From Leucoraja ocellata (lineage: Eukaryota): a stretch of 64,000 nucleotides of DNA. The stretch covers positions 124,001-188,000 of the forward strand of contig JAWMAR010000007.1 of NCBI GenBank assembly GCA_036785375.1, written 5' to 3'. Below are positions 41,970 to 55,500 of the stretch, one piece after another (positions within the stretch are counted from its first letter, which is position 1; each line of letters begins with the position of its first letter). Below the pieces are notes generated by a model. It was not told the DNA's origin, did no database searches, and saw nothing but the letters and a program-made list of their open reading frames with translations. The position numbers were made by a program, and so were the translations under genes.

Positions 41970-43585
41970 AGGGTTGCCAAGTGTCCCGTATTAGCCGGGA
42001 CATCCCGTATCGGAGCGGAGCCTTAGCCCGAGAGGCGGCATCGATGCCCCCACTCGCCCGGTCCGCTCCTGGCTCCGGGTCGGGGTTAAATCTGCATGGG
42101 GTGTGGACAGAGCAGCCGACAGACACAGAACCGCCGGAGGTGAGGGTGGGAGGTGTGAGCGGTGCCTCAGGAATCGGTGCTGGGACCACCGCTATCACAC
42201 CAACTGCACGGGAATATGTTGTTTCGTTTAGTCTCTAAACTACGTGGGCTGGATGCAGCCCATGGGCAGGTAGTTTGACATCCCTGCTTTAAACCAATGC
42301 CCCCTAGTTCTTAAATCACATATTCCAAGAAAAAGACAATGCATTCACCTTATATATTCCCTTCATGGTTTTTACTCACCTCTAAAACAATTTTTGCTTT
42401 ATTTTAAACCCATCATCTGCAGATTTTATCTCTATGTCAAATGGAATCATTAGTACTGTAGTTACATTGACATTTTAAATAGTGTGCGATGGGCTTAAGA
42501 TAATCAAATTACACATTCTTTACGGGAAACCGTCCGACAGAAAACGAATCTCATTGGTGAGTATGCAGGAGATCTGGAAGCCTTGTGTGAATTGAACTGC
42601 CCGTCATTCTATTTATTTTTAAATTTATTTTATAAAAATTGAGCGTGAGAAATGTTTTGATCAACGCGAGAGCGTGAGAATTTCGGGAAATGCGTGAGTC
42701 TCACGCTCAATGCGTGAGAGTTGGCAGCCCTGTGGAGGCAGCCAGTCGACTTTTAAAAATCTTAAAAAGCGCGCATGCGCAGATTGGTCTCCTCTCCTGT
42801 GGGCATGCGCAACTACTTACGAAGGCTGTGCAGCACACATGCTCGCGGTCCACGGTGCAAAGGCAGAATTTCAGCTGCCTTTAAACCCGTTGTAAGTGAA
42901 GGCTTGAAGCAGCGTCCACAGGACGTGAGTTGAAACATGTACTGTGGATGAAAGGCACGGGAGAATTATGCCTACTTAAGATCGATTATTAAAATAATAA
43001 CCATTTATAATAAATACTGAATTTAGTAAATTAATTGGAAATCTTGACTATTTATATTTAATAATGACCATTTTATAATTTTAGTTAGGGTAGGCACTGC
43101 ATAACTTGCCGACCCTGACGGCACGTGCCTGATTGGACCAAACTGATTTGTCCCGTACGGGATCGCCCTTGTCCCGTATTTGACTGCTACGACTCGGGTC
43201 GAGGAGAATGTCGGGTCGGAGTACCGCATCCGGCCCTGCCTCGCCTGTCCCGATGTAGTGCAGCGCATGGAGTGCAGCAGCAGCACCTCGCCCATGGCCC
43301 CGTCGGTCAGCAGCACGGCCAGCTGTCTGACCTTCGCTTACCGCCGACACCACCACCCCTCCTTCTCATGGTCGATCATCGGTTCATGAGTTGGACGGGT
43401 TGCCGGACTTTGCGCGCGGCCCGGGCCAAAACTCCTCAGCTGGCCCGCCGGCTGGACTTTATGTGCAATCCAGCACCCGGGCCAACTCATCATGGCAGAG
43501 TCGGTCAACGAATTGCCGTCGGGAATTTGTCCCGTATTTTGACCTTTTGTCCCTTATTTGGGAGTGAGAAAGTTGGCAACCCTAA
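41970..43585. mobile_element. Cluster of hAT-like non-autonomous DNA transposon pieces
   Basis: Terminus-like motifs agggttgccaa (41970), gttggcagccctg (42720-42732) and gttggcaacccta (43572-43584), with subterminal repeats tgtcccgta and gcgtgaga. Confidence 0.45.
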
Positions 43586-43924
43586 CCGTAACCCAGAACT
43601 GAGAGTCCAAGAGAAAACCATTGATTGACCAGTGTTGGATTCTGCTCAACTGCAGAGGACAGCCTTCACATCATAGTCTGCAGTTTAGTGTAGTTTATTA
43701 TTGTCACATGCACCTAGGTACAGTGAAAAGCTTTTGTTTGCAGGCTATCCAGTCAGACTACACATGAATACACTCCAGCTGTCCACAGTGTACAGATGAA
43801 AGATAAAGGGTACAACATTTAGTGTTTAGTTTAAAGATGGAATTTTTGGAATTCATCGCCACAGACGGCTATGTATTTAAGGCGGAGATCGACAGATTAT
43901 TGATTAGTATGGGCTACTGCTCAT

Positions 43925-44690
43925 GGAAAAAAAGCTGTTTTTATGTCTGGCTGTGGCAGCTTTGATAGTTCGGAGTTGCCTTCCAGAGGGAAGTACTTCA
44001 AAGAATCTGTGGCCAGGGTGAGAGGGGTCAGAGATGATCTTACCCACTCGCTTCCTGGCCTATGCAGTGTACAGTTCGTCAATAGGTGGAAGGTTGCAGC
44101 CAAACCAGAAGGTCTGCTGATCGGACGATTCGCTGCAGCCTCCAGGTGTCGTGCTTGGTGGCCGAACCAAACCAGACCATGATGGAGAAGGTGAGGACAG
44201 ACTCTAGGATGGCCGTGTAGAATTGGACCATCATTGCCTGTGGCAGATTGTGCTTCCTCAGCTGCTGTAGAAAGTACATCCTCTGTTGGGCCTTTTTGAC
44301 TGTGGAGTCAATGGCGGCCTCCCATTTAAGGTCCTTAGAGATGATGGTTCCAAGTAACTTAAATGACTCCACAGATGTGACTGTGGTGTTGTTGATGGTG
44401 AGTAGGGGGAGGGGAGGGGGAGTTCTCCTAAAGTCTACAATCAATTCCACTGTCTTAAAAGCATTGAGCTCCAGGTTGTTGCGATGGCACCAGGACGCCA
44501 GCTGTGTCACTTCCTGTCTGTAGGCAGATTCCTCCCCATCCTGGATCAGTCCAATCAGGGTTGTGTCGTCCGCAAACTTGAGAAGCTTGACAGAGGTGGC
44601 TGTGGAGGTGCAGTCGTTGCTGTAGAGAGAGTAAAGAAGTGGGGAGAGTACACAGCCTTGCGGTGCTCCTATGCTGAGGGTCTGTGGGTG
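43925..44690 (-). mobile_element. Rex1/Babar-type LINE RT fragment
   Basis: GAPQGCVLSPLLYSLY, KFADDTTLIGLI, KTVELIVDFR, KKAQQRMYFL. Confidence 0.88.
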
Positions 44691-44859
44691 CCAAGATGCT
44701 GCCATTCTTTGAAGATTGGATGGCTGCTGTACTCTGGACGTGATCAGATTGAATTTTATTTCCAGTCAGTAACACTTGATGTGATTTACAACGGAGTACA
44801 AGTCGCCGATACAGTTGTGCAGCATGCTTGCTGCCAAAGACGGGAGATTCATTATTTTT

Positions 44860-45700
44860 ACAAGATACAAGATACATTTATATGTCACATGTGCCAGTTG
44901 GCACAGTAAAATGTAATCACCATACAGGAAAAATAAACAACACACGATAGAGTTGATAGAATTCAACATAAAACATCCCCACACTGCAGAATCAAAGTTT
45001 CCCACTGTGAGGGAAGGCACCAAAGTCAGTCTCTTCCTCTAATGTTCCCCAATGTTCACCCGTGGTCGGGGCCTCCCCGAGCCCTCCGCAGTCGCCGCTA
45101 CGGGCGGCCCGATGTTCAGGCCCGCTCGCCGATGTCGGGGCTGGGGGACCTCCTCAGCGGCCTGGACATCCGAGTCGGCCACCTCCTTCCAGATTCCGCG
45201 GCTCCCAAAGTCCACAGGCCGCGCTGGGCGGAGATGCAGCACTGACGGCCCTTGGCAAAGGGCCCCAGGACTCCACGATGACAGTCAGCGTTTCCCGCGC
45301 TAGGAGCTCTCCGAAACTGCAGCTCCACGATGTTGGAGCAGCGGCCCAATGCTCTGGAGCTCCAAACGGCGACCCAGGTAGGCATCGCCCGCTCCGCGGT
45401 GAATTCAGAGCCGCGCTGCAGCTGTTGAAGCTCTGGTCCGGTTCCTGGTCCCCGGCAGGAAAGGCCGCTCCGATCCAAGTGGTAGGCCGCGAGGAGGGGG
45501 GTGGGGCGAGGACGCGACTAGGAAAATAGTCCCTGCCAGGAAGCGACTGGGGAACAGTTTCCCCCTTACCCTACCCCCCTCCCCCACAAATAAAAGTCAA
45601 AAATTCCCCCCAAAACAAACTTTAAACCGACTAAAAACTAAAAAAGATTGAAAGACAAACGGGCTGGGGCTGTAGGCAGAGGCTGCCGTCCGTTGGTGCT
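44860..45700 (-). mobile_element. Non-autonomous retroposon with GC-rich 5' part and (TATCTTG)n tail
   Basis: Tandem tail at about 44860; 3' part shares blocks with the insertion at 52111-52409; no coding homology seen. Confidence 0.5.
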
Positions 45701-46404
45701 GCCCTTACGCAGAAATCATACCGCATTGAAGAGGGGTTTGAATTTATGATGTGGGATGTCCTGAAGTATTTTAGGTTATTTAGACATTAGACTTCAGATA
45801 CATCGCGGAAACAGGCCCTTCGGCCAACTGAGTCCAGCGATCACCCCGTACACTAACCTACACACACTAGGGATAATTTTACAACTTTCCAAAGCCAATT
45901 AACCTACAAACCTGTACGTCTAGAGTGTGCAGGCATGAGACAGGAAAAAAACAGAAAAAAGAGGTAGATAGAGGGGGGTACCAGGGGGCAATGCCTAGGC
46001 AGGGGTAAAAGTATGCAACGCCCCCTATATGCAGAAATGTTTTGATAATTGTACCTTGAAATGACGCCGTTTTCTTGCCAGTTTACCCTTAATATATACT
46101 GTAATTTTTTTTTAATTGTACCATAAAATAACACATTTTACTTGATTGTCACTTCTTAATTTACACAGAAAATGTGTAATAATCATACCTTAAAATGGCA
46201 ACAACTGCTTGCTTGTTTACACTCAAGTCATATTGAAAATATTTTATACTGCACCTACTTGTAACATGATAGCTGTTCCTTGCTTGGTTACTCTAATTAG
46301 AGAGAAGTATCCTTTACCATTGTATTTAAATGCCAAATTAATTTCAAATCCAACTCTTAACAGTTAGGATGAAAATGATGATCCATCAACTTCAAAGATG
46401 ATCA

Positions 46405-46850
46405 TATTAACCATATAACAATTACAGCACGGAAACAGGCCATCTCGGCCCTTCAAGTCCGTGCAGAACACTTATTTTCCCCTAGTCCCATCTACCTTGC
46501 ACTCAGACCACAACCCTCCATTCCTTTCCCGTCCATATACCTATCCAAATTATTTTTAAATTATAAAATCGAACCTGCCTCCACCACTTCCACTGGAAAC
46601 TCATTCCACACAGCTACCAATCTCTGAGTAAAGAAGTTCCCCCTTATGTTACCCATAAACTTCTGTCCCTTAATTCTCAAGTCATGTCCTCTTGTTTGAA
46701 TCTTCCCTACCCTCAATGGAAAAAGCTTATCCGCGTCAACTCTGTCTATCCCTCTCATCATTTTAAAGACCCCTATCAAGGCCCCCCTTAACCTTCTGCG
46801 CTCCAAAGAATAAAGATCTAACTTGTTCAACCTTTCTCTGTAACTTAGTG
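46405..46850 (-). mobile_element. CR1 3' fragment
   Basis: LYSLERRRLRG...FFTQRLVAVWN. Confidence 0.85.
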
Positions 46851-47839
46851 TTATATTGTGCAGCTTAGTATAACTTACTTATATTTTGCTACATAGCTAC
46901 TCAGTCAAACTAAGTACAGTGGACAATATATTAACATCTCAACCTGGAATCTAAGACATTATTTGAAAATAACACTTCCCAAAACTTAAAATTAAAGATT
47001 TCAATTCTTTAAATCCATGGTCAAATTATTTAAAAAAAATGAAAAATAAGCAAATAATCTTTTATCTTCTTTTGATTGCTGGACATTTTCTCATTGCCAG
47101 AATTTGCAAAGTCAGTGACTATTAAGGAGTGCTAATGTTTAAGAAGGAACTGCAGATGTTGGAAAATCGAAGGTAGACAAAAATACTGGAGAAACTCAGC
47201 GGGTGAGGCAGCATCTATGGAGTGAAGGAAATAGGCAACGTTTTGGGTCGAAACACTTCTTCAGACTCAAGGAATGCAAGGAGTGCTGATTGCTGACTCA
47301 ATGGCGAGTTCAAGTTGGAAATGCAACAATACATTGTATTGTGCCGCCAGTAGGTTTCCCGACGCCTCGCGCGGCCAGAAAGCATCCCGACAGGCCGCGG
47401 CTGCGAACGCGGCCAGAAGCCTTTATCGAGGTGCTGCGGTCTAGATGCCTCCCAGATCGCCGCGTAGCACCCCGGTCGGGGCCTAGTGGGTAGAAGCTCG
47501 GGTCGGCTGAAGCGGCCTACGGCACCCGCGGCTGGGGCCCATGTCTCCACCACAGAGGCGTGAAGTGGGGCGTCGACCGCGGTGAGGCATCGGCAGCGGT
47601 GAAGCCTGCGACGATGGGGCAATGGCGGCGGTGAAGCCTCGCAGGGGGAGGGGGGGGGGGATTTTGAACATGGGTGCGGAACCAAGGTCAGAGATGAAAA
47701 TACATACTGTGTGAAACGATGGATAAGTTGCAAATTATGAAGCCCAAGGGATAATGCAAGGAGAAGGGGAGGGAAAAAGGGGAGAAATAGATGCTAGTCC
47801 AGGTGGGACACATGGGAGAGGTAGAGGTGAGGGTTTCAA

Positions 47840-48925
47840 CTGATCAGTTTCCAAGTTGACTTTCCGAGTTGACTGTGCCTGAACCCCTCTATCGGTGGAT
47901 CACCAGGTTCCTGACGGACAGGAAGCAGCATGCACGGCTGGGAAAGCACATCTCGAACCCACAATTGCTCAGCATAGGAACGCCGCAAGGCTGCGTACTC
48001 TACCCTCTCCTCTACACCAACGACTGCACCTCCACAGACACCTCTGTCAAGCTTCTCAAGTTTGCAGACGACGCAACCCTGATTGGACTGATCCAGGATG
48101 GGGAGGAATCTGCCTACAGACAGGAAGTGACACAGCTGGTGTCCTGGTGCCATCGCAACAACCTAGAGCTCAATGCTCTTAAGACAGTGGAATTGATTGT
48201 AGACTTTAGGAGAGCTCCCCATCCCCTCACCCCACCCACCATCAACAACACCACAGTCACATCTGTGGAGTCTTTTAGGTTCCTGGGAACCATCTCCAAG
48301 GACCTTAAGTGAGGGGCTACCATCGACTCCACAGCCAAAAAGGCACAACAGAGGATGTACTTCCTGTGGCAGCTGAGGAAGCACAATCTGCCACAGGCAA
48401 TTCTACATGGCCATCGTAGAGTCTGTTCTCACCTTCTCCATCATGGTCTGGTTTGGCTCAGCCACCAAGCACAACACCTGGAGGTTGCAGCAAATCGTCC
48501 GATCAGCAGAAAAGGTTATTGGCTGCAACCTTCCCTCCATTGATGAACTGTACACTGCAAGGGCCAGGAAGCGAGCGGGCAAGATCATCTCTGACCCCTC
48601 TCACCCTGGCCCCAAACTCTTTGAATCACTTCCCTCTGGAAGGCAACACCGGATTGTCAAAGCTGCCACAGCCAGACATATAACAAGTTTTTATCCACGA
48701 GTAGTTGGTCGACTCAACAGCCAAAAATCTGTAGCCTCTCTTTGATCTGGTATTTTGTTGGTTCACAAGCTTGATCAATGGTATTTTATCATTAATGTTT
48801 TATTATTATTAATGTTTAGTGTTTTCTGAGTCATTCGTAACTGTCACTGTATGTCATGTTACTTGTAGGCAGAGCACCAAGGCAAATTCCTTGTATGTGA
48901 ATACTTGGCCAATAAACTTACTTAA
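47840..48925 (+). mobile_element. Rex1/Babar-type LINE 3' part
   Basis: GTPQGCVL, KFADD, C-terminal HPGPKLFESLPSGR, 3' UTR with AATAAA. Confidence 0.88.
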
Positions 48926-50989
48926 AGAAATTTCAACTTATTGGTTTAAGAATTTGCCTGATAAAATTAACCAAAGATTAAATCAGTTACACCAGCATAA
49001 TTATTCATCAAGACATCCAGATACATTTGTATATCGACAATAGGTGCAGGAGGAGGCCATTTGGCCCTTCGTGCCAGCACTGCCATTCAATGTGATCATG
49101 GCTGATCATCCACAATCAGTGCCCTGTTCCTGCCTTCTCCCCATATCCCCTGACTCTGCTATCTTTAAGAGCCCTATCTAGCTCTCTCTTGAAAGTATCC
49201 AGTTCTTTCCTACACAGATACCACAGTGGCATTTAAGAGGCGTTTAGAAAAGCACATGGACGCAGATGGATAAGGATCTTATGCAGGCAGAGTAGGTTAG
49301 TTTAACTCGGCTTTGTGGTCAGTGCAGATGCGTTGGGCTGAAGGGCCTGTTCCTGTGCTGTACTGTTCGAAGGCTTAATTCTGTACACCCAGAGTCCCTT
49401 ACTGCTATTTACAAATAAGATCAGATAGGCAGTGGATGAGATGCTGATCATTGTCACCAAACTCCACAAGATTTAATCGGGCACACACAAAATGGTTTTA
49501 ATGCAAGCACTATGTACAAATATGTAGTTTGCATAAGCAGAATCTATAGAAATAACATGTGGTTTCATTGTTCACTGAAATTGGTTCACACGTTGCAGGA
49601 GTAGAATTAGGCCATTTGGCCCATCGTCTATTCCTCCATTCATTCATGGCCGATCCATCTTTCCCTCTCAACCCCATTCTCCTGCCTTATCTCCATGACC
49701 CCTGACACCAGTACTAATCAAGAGTTTATCTATCTCTGCTTTAAAATTAGCCACCGACTTGGCCTCCACAGCCTTCGGTGGCAATGAGTTCCACAGATTC
49801 ATCACCCTCAAGCTAAAGAAATTTCTTCTCATCGTTTTTCTAAAGGAACGCCCTTTCATTTCCTAGAACGTCACACTAGTGCATCCTCTCCACATCTACT
49901 CTATCCAGGTCAATTATATCATTTAAACCAAAGTCAGTGATACAAGACGTACGGGTTTGTACGTTAATTGGCTTGGTGTACATGTAAATTGTCCCTGGTG
50001 TGCGTAGGATAGTGTTAATGTGCGGGGATCGCTGGTCGGCACGGACTCAGTGGGCCGAAGGGCCTGTTTCCGCGCTGTATCTCTAAACTAAAAAAAAATG
50101 ATCACAATTTTAACCATCTAGGGATGGCACCAGGCAAGCATATTAAACAAAGTTTTCAATGTTTTTCAAATATCATTTTAATAAAATAAATAAATCCATG
50201 GAATTCATGTTTAATGCATTCCACAACGTTTCTAAAAAGCTCCAGATGTTTGAGGTGTGCCACGAATACCAAAGAACATCTAAACTACTCGAGAGGAATA
50301 ACAATGTAAAATGTACCAGCCTCACAGCAAGCATACTAACTGGGTCGATGGACCTGAAATGCTGGAGTAACTCAGTGGGACAGGCAGCATTACTGGAGAA
50401 AGGAATGGGTGATTTTATCAGGTCGAGACCCTTCTTCAGACCAAAACGTCACCCTTTCCTTCTCTCCGGAGATGCTGCCTGTTCCGCTGAGTTACTCCAG
50501 AATTTTGTGTCCATCTTGAGTGTAAAGCAACATCTGCAGTTCCTTCCTGTACATACTAACAGGATATCCAGCTCGATCTTGACCCAGGACTTTCATGTTT
50601 CACTGCGACACGCATATTTATACCAAGGGCTCCCAACTTGGGGTAAATTTATTGTAAGTGAAATAACATTGTTATGTGAGACTAAAGTTGGCAGGGGTAA
50701 ACAGGATGAAAAAGGTAGCGAACCCCGATTCAGACGGTCCCATTTTTGCAGCACACACGCACACACGCACACACGCACGCACACACACACACACACGGCT
50801 TTTATATAATCACACAGATGTGCTGGGAATGGAGGAATATCGATCAGGAGCAGGCAGAGAAGATTAGTTTAACTCGGCATCATGTTCGGAACATACATTG
50901 TGGGCAGAACGGCCTTTATCTGGTGATAGACACAAAATTCTGGAGTAACTTAGATCTGGCAGTATCTCTGGAGTAAAGGAATAAGCTCA

Positions 50990-51420
50990 TAAGTTCTAGG
51001 TGCAGAATTAGGCCGTTTGGCCCATCAAGTCTATTCCGTCATTCAACCATGGCTGTTCTATCTTCCCCTCTCAAGCCCATTCTCCTGCCTTCTCCCTATA
51101 ATTCCTGACACCCATACTAATCAAGAATCTGCTGATCTGTGCCTTAAAAAATATCTATTTACTGGCCTCCACAGCCGTCTGAGGCAATGAATTCTACAGA
51201 TTCACCACCCTCTGGCAAAATTAATTCTTCTTCATCTCCTTTCTAAAGATACGTCCTTTTATTCTGAGGCTGTTGCCTCTGGTCCTCGACTCTCCTACTA
51301 GTGGAAACATCCACTCCACATCCACTCTATCCAGGCATTTCACTATTCGGTAAGTTTCAATGAGATCATCCTTCTAAACTCCAGCGAGTACAGGCCCAGT
51401 GCCGACAAAGATTCATCCTA
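50990..51420 (-). mobile_element. CR1 3' fragment
   Basis: Similar to the other CR1 3' ends; further copies near 23670-23970, 41200-41520, 49020-49200, 49600-49910, 61905-62170 and 63830-64000. Confidence 0.8.
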
Positions 51421-52110
51421 TGCTAAGGTGACGTTTCGGTTTGGTCTTCAGACATCTACCAGTACTGCACGGTTTTATGTTCTAGGTATCTCTTTCTGCC
51501 ACTCTTTCATTAATAGAATACCTCACAACTGCAGTGGAGCTGGACATTTACTTCAATCTTGTTCTTGTGAATAAACGCCAGATTTAAGGCAGGAGATTTG
51601 AAGGGCAGAAAACGAAGAAAATGAGGAACATGCTTTAATAAAAGCAGGCTAGACCATCGGTAAACATTGAAAGGAAATCCCTACTAGACAGAAAGTGCCT
51701 GAACAGTTAATCAAACAAAGAAGTGAACCTTCAACAATGAACCTTCATTCCACATGCTCTCCACAAACCATTACAGAACCGACCCAAGGACCTCCAACAA
51801 AAAGAGAACTTTACATTTCAGCAACGCAAATTAACTGGTCGAGTATGAAATCCAGTTAGCTCATACTGTTTTAATTCAGTTTAGAGACACAGCACAGAAA
51901 CAGGCCATTCAGCCCACCGAGTCCATGCCGACCAGCAATCTCTGTAAATTAGCACCGTCTTATATAGTCGGGGAAATTATTCTTTTTTTTTTAAACCAGC
52001 CAAATTAACCTACTGTAGATTGGTTATTGCATGTGAACCAATCAAAGTAGAGTAGCATCATTAACCCCACCTTACTGTATGCTTTATATTAACACCCACT
52101 TCATACATTA

Positions 52111-52409
52111 ATTTAGATTAGATTAGATTCCCTTTATTGTCATTCAGATCTTTCGGTCTGAACGAAATTTCGTTGCCTGCAGTCATACATATAATAATAA
52201 ATAACAAAACACACAATAAACACAAATTAACATCCACCACAGTGAGTTCACCAGGCACCTCCTCACTGTGGTGGAGGCAAAAGTCTTAAAGTCTCTTCCC
52301 TCCTTATTCTCCCTCTGTGCTGAGGCGATCCAGGCCTCCGATGTTGTTACTCCACCGGGCGATAGTAAAGTCAGTCCCGCGGCTCAACCGTGCTCCGCGA
52401 ACGGGCCAA
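52111..52409 (-). mobile_element. Non-LTR retroposon 3' fragment inserted in the 5' LTR of element 2
   Basis: Absent from the 3' LTR; minus-strand AATAAA plus (TCTAA)n tail; resembles part of 44860-45040. Confidence 0.75.
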
Positions 52410-52587
52410 ATTAAGTAGTCTTGGAAGCGGTAGTGATGAACTAACAACCTGCTGTACCGCTATACTATGTGTTACAATTAAAGATGACTTTAAACTCTAG
52501 ACCTGGGTAACATCTATCATTTACATAATTTACTGCGTATGTATATTGGGTTTTATTTGTGTTTTATCAGTTTTTATTTGTATCACC

Positions 52588-55500
52588 ATGGCTCACTCGT
52601 GCCGCAGGCCAGCGCAGCTCATCATCGATTCAGCCATCGGGGAACGGTGGAGGCTATTCGAGATCGACTACGAACACTATATCAGCAACGTCCATCGCAA
52701 TGAACCAGATGCTGTCAAGGCTTCGCTTCGACTAAACCTGGCGGGACCAGAGGCTCTGATGAGAGCGCAGACTTTCGACTTGGCACCAGCCGTTCTTGAC
52801 GCCAACGATCAGGTGGTTGTACCTGCTGAGACTGTGTGTGACCCCAATGTCTTACTGCGTAAATTCCGGGAACTATGCGACCTACCCTCAAACCGTATCT
52901 TAGAACGAGCAAAATTCTTCGTGAGATACCAGCTTCCTGATGAGCCTGTTGAGAGATTTATTTGTGATTTGAAATATATGGTTCAGCGATGCCGCTTCGG
53001 GGTTATGTCCAACAAATTAATCAGGGACAAACTTGTCAGTGACGTGACTGATCAAAAGCTAAAGACCGAGTTACTATGGAATGCTGACTTAACCCTTGAA
53101 CAAGCTGTGCATGCCTGCCGCATGTCTGAGATCGTGGCTCCACTTTGTGACCAGTTTGACACTCAGAAAAAGAGTATAAACTTGACGAGTTTCAACAAAC
53201 GAGCCACACCGACAGCTAACAGAAGATTTATGAATGAGCCGCCGCAAAGATGTCCGAATTGTAACTATTTCCACAAGAAGGGACGGATGTTCTGTCCAAC
53301 GAAAGGCAAGCCATGTAATCACTGCAAGAAGATGAATGATGAATCACTTTGCCGTTTCCTGCAGGTCCCGTGGGAACAGAACTTCCAGCTCAGTGTCTAA
53401 TCTGCACCCGTTGCAACAAAACCAAACATTCTCTGACTCACAGGACCAGCCCGAAGCTGCCCACGAGGATGATCCAATTAGCTCATATGAGGAGTCCACT
53501 GTACATACACTCCTACACACAGCTGGTAAGCTTTTGGATCCATCTGTGTCCATGTTAATTAACAACAAGCCTGTGAAGGCCAAATTGGATACTGGGACTC
53601 GCGTGAATGTAATGTCTCTGCATGTCTACAACAGGATAAAAATATGAGATATTGACTAGAGATAGCTCTACCTTACATGTTTATGGGGGGGGGGGGGGGG
53701 GGGGTGGGGGGTGGGGGGGAGATGGGGAGGTCCTGCATCCTCTTGGAAGAACTGGCTTTAAATGTGTGCTGCAAAACACCACAAGAAATCTGACTTTCTA
53801 TATCCTAAAATCGGACTCTGTGACTCTTCTGGGCATCCATGCGTGCCAAGACCTAGGGCTGGTCGCCTTCGACCGCTCCATTCACAGGTTACTTATATCT
53901 GAGGACCCGATAAAAAGCTGCCCTGATCTATTTGATGGCAAGCTGGGCAAGCTGCCTGCGACCTATAAGATCACCATCGACCCCACCGTCGACCCAGCGG
54001 TCCGTGGCCCCCACATGTGCCACATGCCATGCGAGACAGAATTGAGACTGAACTAAAAAACATGGTCTCCATGGGTGTACTAGCCAAAATCAGCGAACCC
54101 ACAGACTGGGTCTCCACCATGGTTGTCACACATAAGACAAAAATGAGCTCCGCGTGTGGATCAATCCAACACTGCCACCAAGCGCCCGCACTATCTGATG
54201 GGGACTATCGTGGACGTCGCTGCACAAATCGGGCGCGTAACAGTGTTTTCTGTACTAGACGCAAAAACATCGTTCTGGCAGATTCCTCTGGATGACGAGT
54301 CCTCAAACCTCACCACGTTTTCTACACCATTTGGCAGATTCAAATTTTTTAGAATGCCATTCGGCATCAACTCGGCCAGCGAGGTTTTTCAAAGAACCAT
54401 GGAACAGCTGTTCACAGGCCTCCCGTGTGCCATCATCGTAGATGACATCTTGGTTTATGGCAAGGACATAGAGCACAACAACAACCTCAAGCTCATTCTG
54501 GACAGGACACGTGAGATTAACCTAAAATTCAACCCGAATAAATGCAAGTTCCGGGTTCCAGAGGTCACCTATGTCGGACACGTATTCACTTCTGATGGTC
54601 TGAGGAGCCTGACCCGAAGAAAACTGCTGCCATCCGAGAAATGCCAGCCCACATCGATGTACTCGGCCTACAACGATTTCTGGGTATGGTGAACTATCTG
54701 GGAAAGTTCATACTGAATCTCAGCGAACTCAGTTCACCACTGAGACAACTCACCTGCAAGGACACTGAATGGACCAGCAGCATCAACAGGTATTCCATTT
54801 TTTTAAACTTCAGTTGGTCACCCTGACCTGAAGCGTCCTGTCACGATAACCTGTGATGCCTCACAATACGGGCTGGGCGCAGCCTGCCTTCAAACATCTG
54901 CCGGTGGAACTGTACTACCTGTATCTTACGCTTCCCGTACCATGACGGACACCGAACAGCGTTATGCCTAGATCGAGAAAGATTTGCTTGCTCAAAATTC
55001 AAGGGCTTCATCTTCGGAAACACTTTCACAGTCGAAACAGACCACCAACCACGTGTAACCATCCTGAACAAACCCATCCACGCAACATCTGCACGACTGC
55101 AGTACATGATGATGCAGCTCCAGCGGTTCGACTTCAGAATCGTTTACAACAAAGGAAAGGACATGCTTGTTGCTGACACTCTCTCTCGTGCACCACATGC
55201 ATCCAGAGAATGACATCTCTATGAATGTGATGAGCTTACAGTTCTTAAGATTGACTTTGTTCCCACGGAACGCCTGCGTCACCTGGCTGAACACACAGCG
55301 GCTGATTGCACTCTACAGCTACTCTCATCCGTAATCACAAGAGGCTGGCCAGACAGACAATCCAGTACACCACTGGAGGTGCAGCCGTTCTTCCTAGTCC
55401 GCGATGAGCTGGTAATACAGGATGGTGTCATTGTTAAAGGTCACAAAGTCGTGATCCCTTCATCCTTACTACAAAGAGGCACACAACGGTCACCCAGGTA

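Noticed and set aside
45040-47660. GC-rich ORFs and CpG-island-like patches at 45040-45590 and 47340-47660 as genes or promoter
   Set aside because: Overlapping ORFs in many frames reflect GC content, and both patches adjoin or lie inside repeats.
50159-50809. 216-aa plus-strand ORF
   Set aside because: A chance read-through of a PLE palindrome and a CA repeat, with no protein homology.
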